From the IMG/VR virus record IMGVR_UViG_3300045988_017993: 35,705 nt of DNA; one strand, given 5' to 3'. Under the pieces are notes generated by a model. It saw nothing but the letters and a program-made list of their open reading frames with translations, was not told the DNA's origin and did not search any database. Numbering within the stretch: position 1 is the first letter of the stretch; the number at the start of each line of letters is the position of its first letter. This DNA comes from a virus. The translations under genes were made by a program, and so were the position numbers. Positions 1 through 7,584 of this stretch are shown in pieces.

Positions 1-1264
1 GACCTATACCGTCAAAGCAAGCGATATCACAAAACCAACTGTGGTAACAATTTCTGCTTGGGTAGATAACAAAGAAGTAGCTTCAGAAGAAGTTACTTTT
101 GTAAATGTATCAGACGGTAAACAAGGGCCTAAAGGACCACCAGGTCCAAAGGGTGCTGACGGGAAAACACCTTATGTTCACTTTGCTTATGCCGATAGTG
201 CCGATGGTCAAAAGGGTTTCAGTTTGACACAGACTGGAAGTAAACGCTATTTAGGTGTGCTAACCAACTTCATAAAAGAAGACAGCACAAACCCAGCAGA
301 TTATACATGGAGTGACACTGCTGGTAGCATTTCGGTTGGTGGCAGGAATCTATTGAAAGGTTCGAAAGGACCTTTTAAACCTGACCGTAAACCTACAAAT
401 TTTGATAATTACGTTTATTATGAAAATGAAACTTCTGTCTATTTAGAACAAGGAAAACAATATATCATCAGTGCCAAAACAGATGGTAATTTTACTAAAT
501 GGCACAACGGAGAAATCGAAAGTGACAATATCACACTCTGGTTATTTCGTTTCTGGGATGTGGTTGACATTGTTTCTGATTCAAATACAGGTACTACAGG
601 AACGCAGTTTACTTGGAATCATCCGACAGGTACATATCATCTACGTGTAAATACATATCATAAAACAGCAATCAAATCTGTTTGGGAAGTGAAGATTGAA
701 GAAGGGACAATCAAAACTGATTGGACACCCGCCATCGAGGATGTACAAGATGAAATTGATTCCAAAGCCGATGATGCTATGACGATTGAACAGATTAATG
801 CGCTTAATGAAAGGGCTGAAATCATTAAAGCAGAGATGGAAGCCAAAGCAAGCGCTGAAATTTTGAATAACTGGATTAAAAATTACCAAGATTTCGTTAA
901 GGCAAACGAGACCGAGAGAGCTGCAGCCGAGAAAGCTTTGATTAGTTCAAGTCAGCGGGTATCAACCATTGCTAAGAAATTAGGTGAACTGTCTGATCGT
1001 TGGAGTTTCATCGATAGCTACATGACTGCATCAAACGATGGGCTTGTGATTGGAAAGAATGACGGTAGCTCTGGCATAATGATCAACCCTAACGGTCGGA
1101 TTTCAATGTATTCAGCAGGGGAGGAGGTCATGTATATTTCGCAAGGTGTAATACACATCGAGAACGGGATCTTCTCAAAAACTATCCAAGTTGGTCGATA
1201 TCGTGAGGAACAGTACCATCTTAACCCAGACATGAATGTCATTCGCTATGTAGGAGGTTTTTAA
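1..1264 (+). CDS. Tail-associated lysin / host-specificity (antireceptor) protein, C-terminal part. It continues the ORF that runs off the window end (34286..35705).
   Basis: The frame is open from nt 2. After removing the 50-nt terminal overlap, the frame of 41.. equals the frame of 34286... The joined ORF is 2634 nt (877 aa). It contains a collagen-like GXY run and ends at stop TAA 1262..1264. Confidence 0.85.
   Translation, partial: TYTVKASDITKPTVVTISAWVDNKEVASEEVTFVNVSDGKQGPKGPPGPKGADGKTPYVHFAYADSADGQKGFSLTQTGSKRYLGVLTNFIKEDSTNPADYTWSDTAGSISVGGRNLLKGSKGPFKPDRKPTNFDNYVYYENETSVYLEQGKQYIISAKTDGNFTKWHNGEIESDNITLWLFRFWDVVDIVSDSNTGTTGTQFTWNHPTGTYHLRVNTYHKTAIKSVWEVKIEEGTIKTDWTPAIEDVQDEIDSKADDAMTIEQINALNERAEIIKAEMEAKASAEILNNWIKNYQDFVKANETERAAAEKALISSSQRVSTIAKKLGELSDRWSFIDSYMTASNDGLVIGKNDGSSGIMINPNGRISMYSAGEEVMYISQGVIHIENGIFSKTIQVGRYREEQYHLNPDMNVIRYVGGF
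116..169 (+). repeat. Collagen-like (Gly-X-Y)x6 tract inside the antireceptor gene
   Basis: The translation reads GKQ GPK GPP GPK GAD GKT. Confidence 0.9.
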
Positions 1265-3286
1265 TTGGCAGAATTTTGGAGTAATAATGATAGAGGCTAT
1301 AGGATAAGGTTGTGGGTTGACCAGGTTAGCCAAGACAAAGTAGCTAATACCAGTCAGGTCAGATTTCAACTAGCACTGCTAAATACGACTACGACTTTTG
1401 CTCAATATCAATGTAACGCTTATATCGAGTTTGAAGGTCAAAGATTGAATTGGTCAGGTTCACCTAGTATGCTAGGGTGGTATCAAACAATTCCATTGAT
1501 AGATCAAACAGTTACCATTAATCACGATTCAGACGGTAAAAAGACTTTATCTGTTTCAGCGCAGTTTAACGGGTCTGGTGGTTGGAGCCCTCGTACATTA
1601 ACAATCAGCGGCATCTCATTAAAACTAACCGACATTCCACGGTTAAGCTCTGTAAGCGTTGATGCTGGTACTATTGGTAGCTCAGTCACTATTAACATCA
1701 ACCGTCAAAGCTCTAGTTTTAAGCACACAGTACGTTATGCTTGGGCAAATAAGTCAGGGACTATTGCAAGTAATGTAGACACATCTACAGCATGGACTAT
1801 TCCACTTGACTTTGCTAACGACATCCCAAACTCGGAAACGGGTACAGGAACAATCTACGTAGATACCTACTCAGAAGGTACCATGATAGGGACACAGTCA
1901 GCTACGCTAATAGCAAGTGTGCCAGCTAGCATGAAACCAACTTTCGAAGGAGTTTCTTTGTCAGACTCTAACACAGCCGCTCAGAACGTGGTACGAAACG
2001 CTAACACATTCATCCAGACTCTCTCTAACATCAAGGTATCCTTCAATGGTGCAAGTGGGTCTTATGGCTCAAATATCACGCGTTACCATGCTGAGATAGT
2101 CGGTAAGAACCAAACTACTAATGTTAACGGTGGCACGTTGGGTATCATGAACTACAACGGAACCATCACAGTCAGGGCAAGTGTATCTGATAGCCGTGGT
2201 CGTTGGTCTGATCCTAGAGATGTCTCTGTCACAGTGCTTGAGTATTTCGCCCCATCGCTTAGTTTTAGTGTCGTTAGAACTGGATCAACATCTAGTACAC
2301 TAGAAGTTATAAGAAATGCACGGATAGCACCTTTGATTGTTAATGGTATTCAAAAAAATACCATGAAATTAACTTTCAAGGTGTCGCCTTATGGAAAAGA
2401 TGATTACACAACAGACACTGGTCCCGCCTCTGGTGAATGGCTAAGTATTTCAAGTCTAGTCAATTCACCTGCTAATTTGGCTGGTGAATATGCAGCTAAT
2501 AAATCGTGGCAAGTTTTGGCGATTTTAGAAGACAAATTCACATCAACAAGCTTTAAGGCACAAGTTCCTGTTGAAAGTGTTGTGCTGTCCTATGACCGTG
2601 ATGGTCTTGGTATTGGTAAAATACGCGAGTTTGGAGCGCTTGACGTAAAAGGTGACATCTATGCAAACAACAGCCCAATCCAGCAATATCAGCTAACCAG
2701 TAATAACGGATCTCCAAAATGGGTAGATGGAAAACCTGTCGCTAAGAATGCAAATTTGATAGACCAACCTGGACAGTATTACCTTGACCCATCGGCTCCA
2801 GGAAACCCAAGCGGTCAATGGGGCTATTTATTTCACTACAGCAATTACGGTAAGAATACAAATGGTCGTAAAGAAGCCATTCAAACTTTTTGGGGGAAAA
2901 ATGGTCAGCTTTTTTTCAGACATCACAGATGGTCTTTTATAATCAACGATTGGGAACCGTGGAAGGAATTTACAAGAAACGACCACCCAAATTTAATTAA
3001 CACAGGATGGAAACCAGCAGGATATGAAGGCAGCTTCTACAAACGTGTCGGAGATGTGTTGACAGTTAAATATAGCTTTACAGGAAATGGTGGAGATGTT
3101 ATGCTCGCTAATTTACCTCCAGAAGTATTTAAAGCACCTCAATCCTATATGTTTACTATTTCTGGTTGGTCTATTTTTGCTGATACACAAGTCCATGTCC
3201 AAGTTGATGTGGGAACTGGAATGTTTAATGCTATGCAAACTAGAAATGGTATAGATTATAAAGGTCAAATCACAATAATGCTATAA
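1265..3286 (+). CDS. Large distal tail / baseplate protein, probable receptor-binding component (673 aa)
   Basis: TTG start lies 6 nt after AGGAGG (1253..1258). The gene sits directly after the antireceptor gene and before the lysis cassette. The N-terminus MAEFWSNNDRGYRIRLWV resembles siphophage tail proteins. Confidence 0.7.
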   Translation: MAEFWSNNDRGYRIRLWVDQVSQDKVANTSQVRFQLALLNTTTTFAQYQCNAYIEFEGQRLNWSGSPSMLGWYQTIPLIDQTVTINHDSDGKKTLSVSAQFNGSGGWSPRTLTISGISLKLTDIPRLSSVSVDAGTIGSSVTININRQSSSFKHTVRYAWANKSGTIASNVDTSTAWTIPLDFANDIPNSETGTGTIYVDTYSEGTMIGTQSATLIASVPASMKPTFEGVSLSDSNTAAQNVVRNANTFIQTLSNIKVSFNGASGSYGSNITRYHAEIVGKNQTTNVNGGTLGIMNYNGTITVRASVSDSRGRWSDPRDVSVTVLEYFAPSLSFSVVRTGSTSSTLEVIRNARIAPLIVNGIQKNTMKLTFKVSPYGKDDYTTDTGPASGEWLSISSLVNSPANLAGEYAANKSWQVLAILEDKFTSTSFKAQVPVESVVLSYDRDGLGIGKIREFGALDVKGDIYANNSPIQQYQLTSNNGSPKWVDGKPVAKNANLIDQPGQYYLDPSAPGNPSGQWGYLFHYSNYGKNTNGRKEAIQTFWGKNGQLFFRHHRWSFIINDWEPWKEFTRNDHPNLINTGWKPAGYEGSFYKRVGDVLTVKYSFTGNGGDVMLANLPPEVFKAPQSYMFTISGWSIFADTQVHVQVDVGTGMFNAMQTRNGIDYKGQITIML

Positions 3287-3301
3287 AAGGAGATATAAAA
3301 C

Positions 3302-3712
3302 ATGAAATTTGAATATGATTCAAAGTCAAAAGAATATGACGCAAGCGGTGCAGCGTACGCCACAAAAGTAGTTTTGAAAAACCGAGATGGTGCTTACGTC
3401 CCTGTCTTTTTGCCAGTCGATAAAATCGACTTATCAAACACTGAACTACTGAATGAAGCACTAGAGGTTATTTATCAAGAAAATTTCCCACAGCGTGCGG
3501 AAAATGAAAAATTTAATGAACTTGGCGAGAAAATCAAAGAGTACGAAGCATTAAGCAAAAAAGCTACAGAAACTATCGCAAAGATGGAAGAACAAATAAA
3601 GAAGCAGCAAGATGCATCAAACACCGCACAAGAAACATTGATGAGTATTATTGAAAAACTTAATGAGAAAAAATTGTTGAGTGATGAAGACTTGACTGAT
3701 AATAAAGAATAA
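3302..3712 (+). CDS. Hypothetical protein with a coiled-coil C-terminus (136 aa), conserved position between tail and lysis genes
   Basis: ORF with an upstream GGAG. No domain recognised with certainty. Confidence 0.6.
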   Translation: MKFEYDSKSKEYDASGAAYATKVVLKNRDGAYVPVFLPVDKIDLSNTELLNEALEVIYQENFPQRAENEKFNELGEKIKEYEALSKKATETIAKMEEQIKKQQDASNTAQETLMSIIEKLNEKKLLSDEDLTDNKE

Positions 3713-3731
3713 AGAGAAAGGATAAAAAGAT

Positions 3732-3878
3732 ATGTTTGCTAAACTATTCGCAATTAATATCGTTAATAATAACTACAAATTTAAACGAGTTCCAAAAGTA
3801 TTAAAACCAAAAGTGAAAGAACTAATCGCAGATATGGTTAATGACGAGGAGCTATTGGCAAAGCTTACACAAGAATAA
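3732..3878 (+). CDS. Small hypothetical protein (48 aa), not in the ORF track
   Basis: ATG 3732 after AAAGGA. My translation is MFAKLFAINIVNNNYKFKRVPKVLKPKVKELIADMVNDEELLAKLTQE, ending at stop TAA 3876..3878. It fills the gap in a tightly packed operon. Confidence 0.55.
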   Translation: MFAKLFAINIVNNNYKFKRVPKVLKPKVKELIADMVNDEELLAKLTQE

Positions 3879-3892
3879 CTAGGAGGTACAAT

Positions 3893-4216
3893 ATGGTAAA
3901 TCAAACAGAGCCAGATTTGATGAACTGGCTTATTACCGTTATTCTTCCTATTTCTATTTCAAGTGCGAGTTTTTATTTTTCAAGCCAGACACGTGCCTCT
4001 CGATTAGAACACCGAATCACTAAATTAGAGGTCGTTGACCATGAAATCGAGAAAATTATTAAAAACCATAATGATCGTCTTGACAAATATCAAGAAGAAC
4101 AAAAAATAATTCTAGCTCTCGTCCAACGTATGGACCATCTTAATGAGAACGTTGTTGAGCTAAAAGGAAATATTGAAGAAGTTAAAAAATTAGTAGATCG
4201 AAACTTGAGAGGATAA
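3893..4216 (+). CDS. Membrane-anchored coiled-coil lysis-cassette protein (XhlA-like / holin accessory, 107 aa)
   Basis: AGGAGG lies upstream. One N-terminal TM segment (WLITVILPISISSASFYF) is followed by a heptad-rich region. The gene is immediately upstream of the holin. Confidence 0.55.
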   Translation: MVNQTEPDLMNWLITVILPISISSASFYFSSQTRASRLEHRITKLEVVDHEIEKIIKNHNDRLDKYQEEQKIILALVQRMDHLNENVVELKGNIEEVKKLVDRNLRG

Positions 4217-4223
4217 TAATAAA

Positions 4224-4466
4224 ATGATTAATTTTAAACTACGCTTAAAAAACAAAGCTACTCTTGTAGCACTTATCTCAGCAGTATTCCTTATGTTGCA
4301 ACAATTAGGGCTTGAAATTCCACACAATATCCAAGACGCTGTAAATACATTCATTGCAATTTTGGTTATCCTCGGAATCGTGACAGACCCTACCACTAAA
4401 GGAATCGCTGACAGCGAACGAGCATTGAACTATGATGTACCACTAAACGATAAAAAGGAGAAATAA
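4224..4466 (+). CDS. Holin (phi-LC3-family-like, 80 aa, two TM segments)
   Basis: Small size, two hydrophobic helices, a charged C-terminus, and a position directly upstream of the lysin. Confidence 0.8.
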   Translation: MINFKLRLKNKATLVALISAVFLMLQQLGLEIPHNIQDAVNTFIAILVILGIVTDPTTKGIADSERALNYDVPLNDKKEK

Positions 4467-4467
4467 A

Positions 4468-5313
4468 ATGAGCGTACCACAATCCATTGTTAATTGGTTT
4501 GTTATTCACCGCAATCTGCTTACCTACTCAATGTTTGGCTCACGGAATGGCTCAGACGGTACAGCTGACTGCTCTGGTTCTATGTCTCAAGCCCTAAAAG
4601 ACGCAGGCATTCCTATCCAAGGGTTGCCATCTACTGTCACTCTTGGTCAACAACTTGCTAAAAATGGATTTTATCGTGTAAGTATTAATCAGGATTGGGA
4701 CGCCTTGACAGGAGATATCGTAATGATGTCGTGGGGTGCTGACATGTCACAATCTGGTGGTGCAGGTGGTCACGTTGGTGTTATGATGGATAGCGTAAAC
4801 TTTATTAGTTGTGATTATTCAACTCAAGGAGCAGTAGGCAAAGCTATCAATACGTATCCTTGGAATGATTACTATGCAGCAAACAAACCAAATTATATCG
4901 AAGTTTGGCGATATGCTGAATCAGCACCACAAACGAATAACCAAGCTAATACTGCGGTAGTGCCACAACAAAAGGCTTACTATGAAGCAAATGAAGTCAA
5001 ATATGTTAACGGCATTTGGCAAATCAAATGTGACTATTTAAGCCCTATCGGGTTTAATTATTTGGAAAACGGAATCCCGGTTTCAATGGTTAACTGGGTA
5101 GATAAGGACGGTAACGACCTTCCAGACGGAGCTGACCAAGATTTTAAAGCTGGAATGTACTTTAGTTTTGCCGGTGATGAAAACAACATTACAGACACAG
5201 GAGAAGGCGGCTATTATGGTGGCTATTACTACCGACGTTTCGAGTTTGGGCAATTCGGTACAGTATGGCTCTCTTGCTGGAATAAAGATGATTTGGTAAA
5301 CTACTACCAATAG
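4468..5313 (+). CDS. Endolysin (Amidase_5-type peptidoglycan hydrolase N-domain plus C-terminal cell-wall-binding domain, 281 aa)
   Basis: The N-terminal motif YSMFGSRNGSDGTADCSGSMSQAL is typical of streptococcal phage lysins. The gene is uninterrupted, with no intron. Confidence 0.85.
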   Translation: MSVPQSIVNWFVIHRNLLTYSMFGSRNGSDGTADCSGSMSQALKDAGIPIQGLPSTVTLGQQLAKNGFYRVSINQDWDALTGDIVMMSWGADMSQSGGAGGHVGVMMDSVNFISCDYSTQGAVGKAINTYPWNDYYAANKPNYIEVWRYAESAPQTNNQANTAVVPQQKAYYEANEVKYVNGIWQIKCDYLSPIGFNYLENGIPVSMVNWVDKDGNDLPDGADQDFKAGMYFSFAGDENNITDTGEGGYYGGYYYRRFEFGQFGTVWLSCWNKDDLVNYYQ

Positions 5314-5394
5314 ACCACGCAAACTAAAAAATAAAAAAGGAGTATATCACCTCCCCTCACACTGCAGTAGGGATACCATGGCAGTAGTGGTCGA

Positions 5395-5422
5395 AGCCTC
5401 AGCATTGTGCTGGGGCTTTTTT
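5395..5422 (+). terminator. Rho-independent terminator of the late/lysis operon
   Basis: A 9-bp stem AGCCTCAGC / GCTGGGGCT (one G-U pair), a 5-nt loop, then TTTTTT. Confidence 0.8.
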
Positions 5423-5424
5423 AT

Positions 5425-5453
5425 TTGACTTATAAATGATAATTTTATAAAAT
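5425..5453 (+). promoter_or_regulatory. Sigma-A-type promoter (TTGACT, 17-nt spacer, TAAAAT)
   Basis: Hexamers at 5425..5430 and 5448..5453 with a 17-nt spacer. No ORF follows. Confidence 0.55.
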
Positions 5454-5459
5454 GTAATT

Positions 5460-5581
5460 GGATAACCTAGATACAATTTATCTAGTGCAAAAGGTAAAAG
5501 ACTGATTAGGTTCAGCGCCCTATTGCTTGCGCACACACAAGCATAAGGGAACGTTTTGTTGGGGGCTAAGACCACCCTTTT
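5460..5581 (+). ncRNA. Candidate small RNA unit 1, carrying conserved box A (5499..5523)
   Basis: No ORF. It has a perfect 7-bp hairpin CTAGATA/TATCTAG (5467..5485), box AGACTGATTAGGTTCAGCGCCCTAT, a hairpin at 5518..5549 (TGCTTG/CAAGCA core), and ends in CCCTTTTT. The 3' end is uncertain. Confidence 0.35.
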
Positions 5582-5652
5582 TGATATAATATACCTATAT
5601 CAATGGCTTCCCACGCATACGCGCAGATACGTTCTGAGGGAAGTTTTTTATT
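5582..5652 (+). ncRNA. Candidate small RNA unit 2 (extended -10 promoter plus terminator hairpin)
   Basis: TGATATAAT at 5582..5590 matches the extended -10 consensus TGnTATAAT. A CTTCCC/GGGAAG stem (5607..5612 / 5638..5643) with a structured loop is followed by TTTTTTATTT. No ORF. Confidence 0.4.
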
Positions 5653-5726
5653 TGCTTTGTTTTGATAGAAATGCTACTATATTAATGGATACAGTTAAAA
5701 GCTGAGTCTTCGATAAACTCTCTCTC

Positions 5727-5760
5727 ACCCTGACTTTAATTAGTCAGGGTTTTTGTTTTG
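5727..5760 (+). terminator. Strong rho-independent terminator ending an ORF-less unit 3 (about 5655..5760)
   Basis: A 9-bp perfect stem ACCCTGACT / AGTCAGGGT, loop TTAATT, then TTTTTGTTTTG. Confidence 0.8.
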
Positions 5761-5793
5761 CAAAAAAAATATATAATTTTTTATCAAAAACTG

Positions 5794-5822
5794 TTGACAA
5801 ACTATCATCTATGATATATAAT
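5794..5822 (+). promoter_or_regulatory. Consensus promoter of the acr operon (TTGACA, 17-nt spacer, TATAAT) with an upstream A/T tract
   Basis: Hexamers at 5794..5799 and 5817..5822 with an exact 17-nt spacer. GAGAGG RBS and ATG 5855 lie downstream. Confidence 0.8.
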
Positions 5823-5854
5823 GTATACATAAGATAAAGAGAGAGGTAAACAAA

Positions 5855-6406
5855 ATGAAAATCAATAATGACATCAAAGAGCTAATTTTGGAATATGTAA
5901 GTCGCTATTTTAAATTTGAAAACGACTTCTACAAATTGCCAGGCATCAAATTCACTGATGCAAATTGGCAAAAATTCAAGAATGGAGATACTTCCATCGA
6001 GAAGATGGGGGCAGCACGAGTAAATGCCATGCTTGACTGCCTATTCGACGATTTTGAGCTTGCTTTTATTGGCAAGGCTCAACAAGAATACTATTCGGAT
6101 AATTCCTTGAAATTGAACATGCCATTTTACGCTTACTATGACATGTTCAAAAAGCAGCAACTTCTAAAATGGCTTAAAAATAACCGTGATGATGTCATCT
6201 GCGGAACTGGTAGGATGTACACAGCAAGTGGTAATTACATTGCTAACTCTTATTTAGAGGTAGCGTTAGAATCTAGCCGTCTGGGTAGTGGCTCTTACAT
6301 GCTTCAAATGAGATTCAAAAACTATTCAAAAAGTCAAGAACCTATTCCATCTGGTCGCCAGAATCGACTTGAATGGATTGAAAACAATCTTGAGAATATT
6401 CGATAA
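5855..6406 (+). CDS. acrIIA6: Anti-CRISPR protein, AcrIIA6-like (183 aa)
   Basis: The 183-aa length, the sequence MKINNDIKELILEYVSRYFKFENDFYKLPGIKFTDANWQKF...RQNRLEWIENNLENIR, and the locus (between the lysin and the cro-like gene of a virulent S. thermophilus phage) match my recollection of AcrIIA6. Not verified by alignment. Confidence 0.6.
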   Translation: MKINNDIKELILEYVSRYFKFENDFYKLPGIKFTDANWQKFKNGDTSIEKMGAARVNAMLDCLFDDFELAFIGKAQQEYYSDNSLKLNMPFYAYYDMFKKQQLLKWLKNNRDDVICGTGRMYTASGNYIANSYLEVALESSRLGSGSYMLQMRFKNYSKSQEPIPSGRQNRLEWIENNLENIR

Positions 6407-6518
6407 ACTACATCGGCATACTGCTGACTGATGATGATAAACGTGCTATACTTGGTATTAAAGTTTAAAACTACGTGCAAAAACTGAATCACGTTAAAAG
6501 CTGGGAGGAGAACAAAAA

Positions 6519-7190
6519 ATGTGGTTATTACTATCCTTAGTAGGATTTTCAGGTTATATTGTTTCTATTGGTGCTTTACTGTGGTCAGTTATCAAAAAAA
6601 ATAAAGATCTACGCAAAAAATCGCTTATCGGTGGACTTCTTGCCATGATTATGTTTTTCATAGGTGCTTTGATTTCACCTACAGATAAATCTGAATCGTC
6701 TGTAGAAACTGCTAAAACTGAACAAACTTCTTCATCAAAAAAGAAAAACGCTAAGACTTCTTCTAGCAGTAAGAAAGAAGCAAGTTCATCTTCAAAAACG
6801 GTTTCTAGCACAGAAACAAGTTCAACTTCAAAAACTTATGACGACGCCGCAAATACAGCATTCGCCTCTGAATTAGACACTAAAATCAACGATGTTTTAA
6901 AGCAAAGTGGTATCACAGATTCGTTTGCTGTCATGCCAAACAGTTCAGTTTTAATAGATGTGGTTGTCCCACAAGATTATAAATACTTACCAAATTCACA
7001 AATTCAACAATTAGCAGATACACTTCTTTATGCTAAAGAAAATTTTTTCCAAGAATGGAACGCAAAACCAGAAAACAATTATAATGAAACATACGGGCCT
7101 AGACTTTACGTAAAATCACCAGACGGTACTACCCTTGCCAAAGAATCTTTCTTTGGCGGTAAAATGAAACGTGTAATAGACAACAAATAG
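6519..7190 (+). CDS. Membrane protein of unknown function (223 aa), co-transcribed with the acr gene
   Basis: GGGAGGAG RBS. Two N-terminal TM helices, a Ser/Thr/Lys-rich linker and a C-terminal domain of about 115 aa. There is no terminator between 6406 and 6519. Confidence 0.7.
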   Translation: MWLLLSLVGFSGYIVSIGALLWSVIKKNKDLRKKSLIGGLLAMIMFFIGALISPTDKSESSVETAKTEQTSSSKKKNAKTSSSSKKEASSSSKTVSSTETSSTSKTYDDAANTAFASELDTKINDVLKQSGITDSFAVMPNSSVLIDVVVPQDYKYLPNSQIQQLADTLLYAKENFFQEWNAKPENNYNETYGPRLYVKSPDGTTLAKESFFGGKMKRVIDNK

Positions 7191-7235
7191 CCCCACACTC
7201 TCAAGCTTCGACAATCATGAGTGCAGGGGCTTTTA
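7190..7235 (+). terminator. Terminator of the acr operon
   Basis: GCCCC..CACTC / GAGTG..GGGGC interrupted stem (10 bp), 18-nt loop, then TTTTA (short T run). Confidence 0.55.
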
Positions 7236-7286
7236 TGTTAAGATGTATAAGAAAATCAGAAATGTATATTATATTTCAAAAAATAG

Positions 7287-7315
7287 TTGACAACGTATAG
7301 TATATAGTGTAGAAT
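7287..7315 (+). promoter_or_regulatory. Promoter (TTGACA, 17-nt spacer, TAGAAT) of small RNA unit B
   Basis: Hexamers at 7287..7292 and 7310..7315. The upstream tract is CAAAAAATAG. Confidence 0.7.
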
Positions 7316-7321
7316 TATTTA

Positions 7322-7422
7322 AAGTGTTAGACTGATTTAGTTCAGCGCCCTATATAAGTGCGTGCACAAAAAGGGAATTCATATAAAAAAAGTCGGCTAT
7401 TTTAGTCGACTCTTTTTTTTTT
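7322..7422 (+). ncRNA. Candidate small RNA of about 100 nt, carrying conserved box B (7329..7353)
   Basis: It lies between a near-consensus promoter and a strong terminator (8-bp stem 7391..7398 / 7404..7411, then a T10 run). There is no ORF on either strand. Box AGACTGATTTAGTTCAGCGCCCTAT is 23/25 identical to 5499..5523. Confidence 0.55.
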
Positions 7423-7555
7423 ATGTCATGTAAACAGCAGTATAGCGTTTTCTATTATGTTATCGATGTCGTGTCGTTTCTCTAACTTTTTCAAATGTTG
7501 GAAACTTTTCTGAGAGATTGACAAAAAAATATTTAATTTTTTTTTATAAAAACAG

Positions 7556-7584
7556 TTGACAAAGTTATGTAAGTAATTTAAAAT
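7556..7584 (+). promoter_or_regulatory. Early promoter (TTGACA, 17-nt spacer, TAAAAT) upstream of the cro-like gene
   Basis: Hexamers at 7556..7561 and 7579..7584. An A-rich UP-like tract lies upstream. Confidence 0.7.

Noticed and set aside
4468-5313. A group I intron in the lysin gene, which is common in S. thermophilus phages
   Set aside because: The lysin ORF is continuous (281 aa, with both domains present). No R/S-like elements occur in it.
5314-5394. A possible attP core remnant downstream of the lysin gene (repeated GCAGTAG, a small hairpin)
   Set aside because: There is no integrase gene and no tRNA-like sequence here, and I cannot match it to a host attB from memory. It cannot be evaluated without a database comparison.
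5607-5643. CTTCCCACGCATACGCGCAG loosely resembles the S. thermophilus type I-E (CRISPR4) repeat core TTCCCGCACACGCGGGG, which could indicate a solitary-repeat RNA anti-CRISPR.
   Set aside because: Only the TTCCC prefix and scattered bases match, and the repeat's characteristic CCCGC/GCGGG hairpin is not reproduced.
5655-5760. Possible tracrRNA mimic. The ORF-less unit ending at the 5727..5760 terminator contains AGTTAAAAGCTGAGTC, which resembles the AGUUAAAAUAAGGCUAGUCC lower-stem/nexus of type II-A tracrRNAs. Its terminator stem CACCCTG...CAGGGT recalls the terminal hairpin of the St1Cas9 tracrRNA as I remember it.
   Set aside because: The matches are short (8 nt or less) AT-rich or stem-complementary strings. 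That is within chance expectation for a post-hoc comparison. No anti-repeat complementary to S. thermophilus CRISPR1 or CRISPR3 repeats is present. The idea is worth a formal alignment or covariance search but is not supportable by eye.
5499-7380. 10-codon minus-strand peptides overlapping the two 25-nt boxes (MLVCAQAIGR and MNSLFVHALI)
   Set aside because: They have different frames and sequences relative to the conserved box and no RBS. The conservation is at the nucleotide level, not the peptide level.
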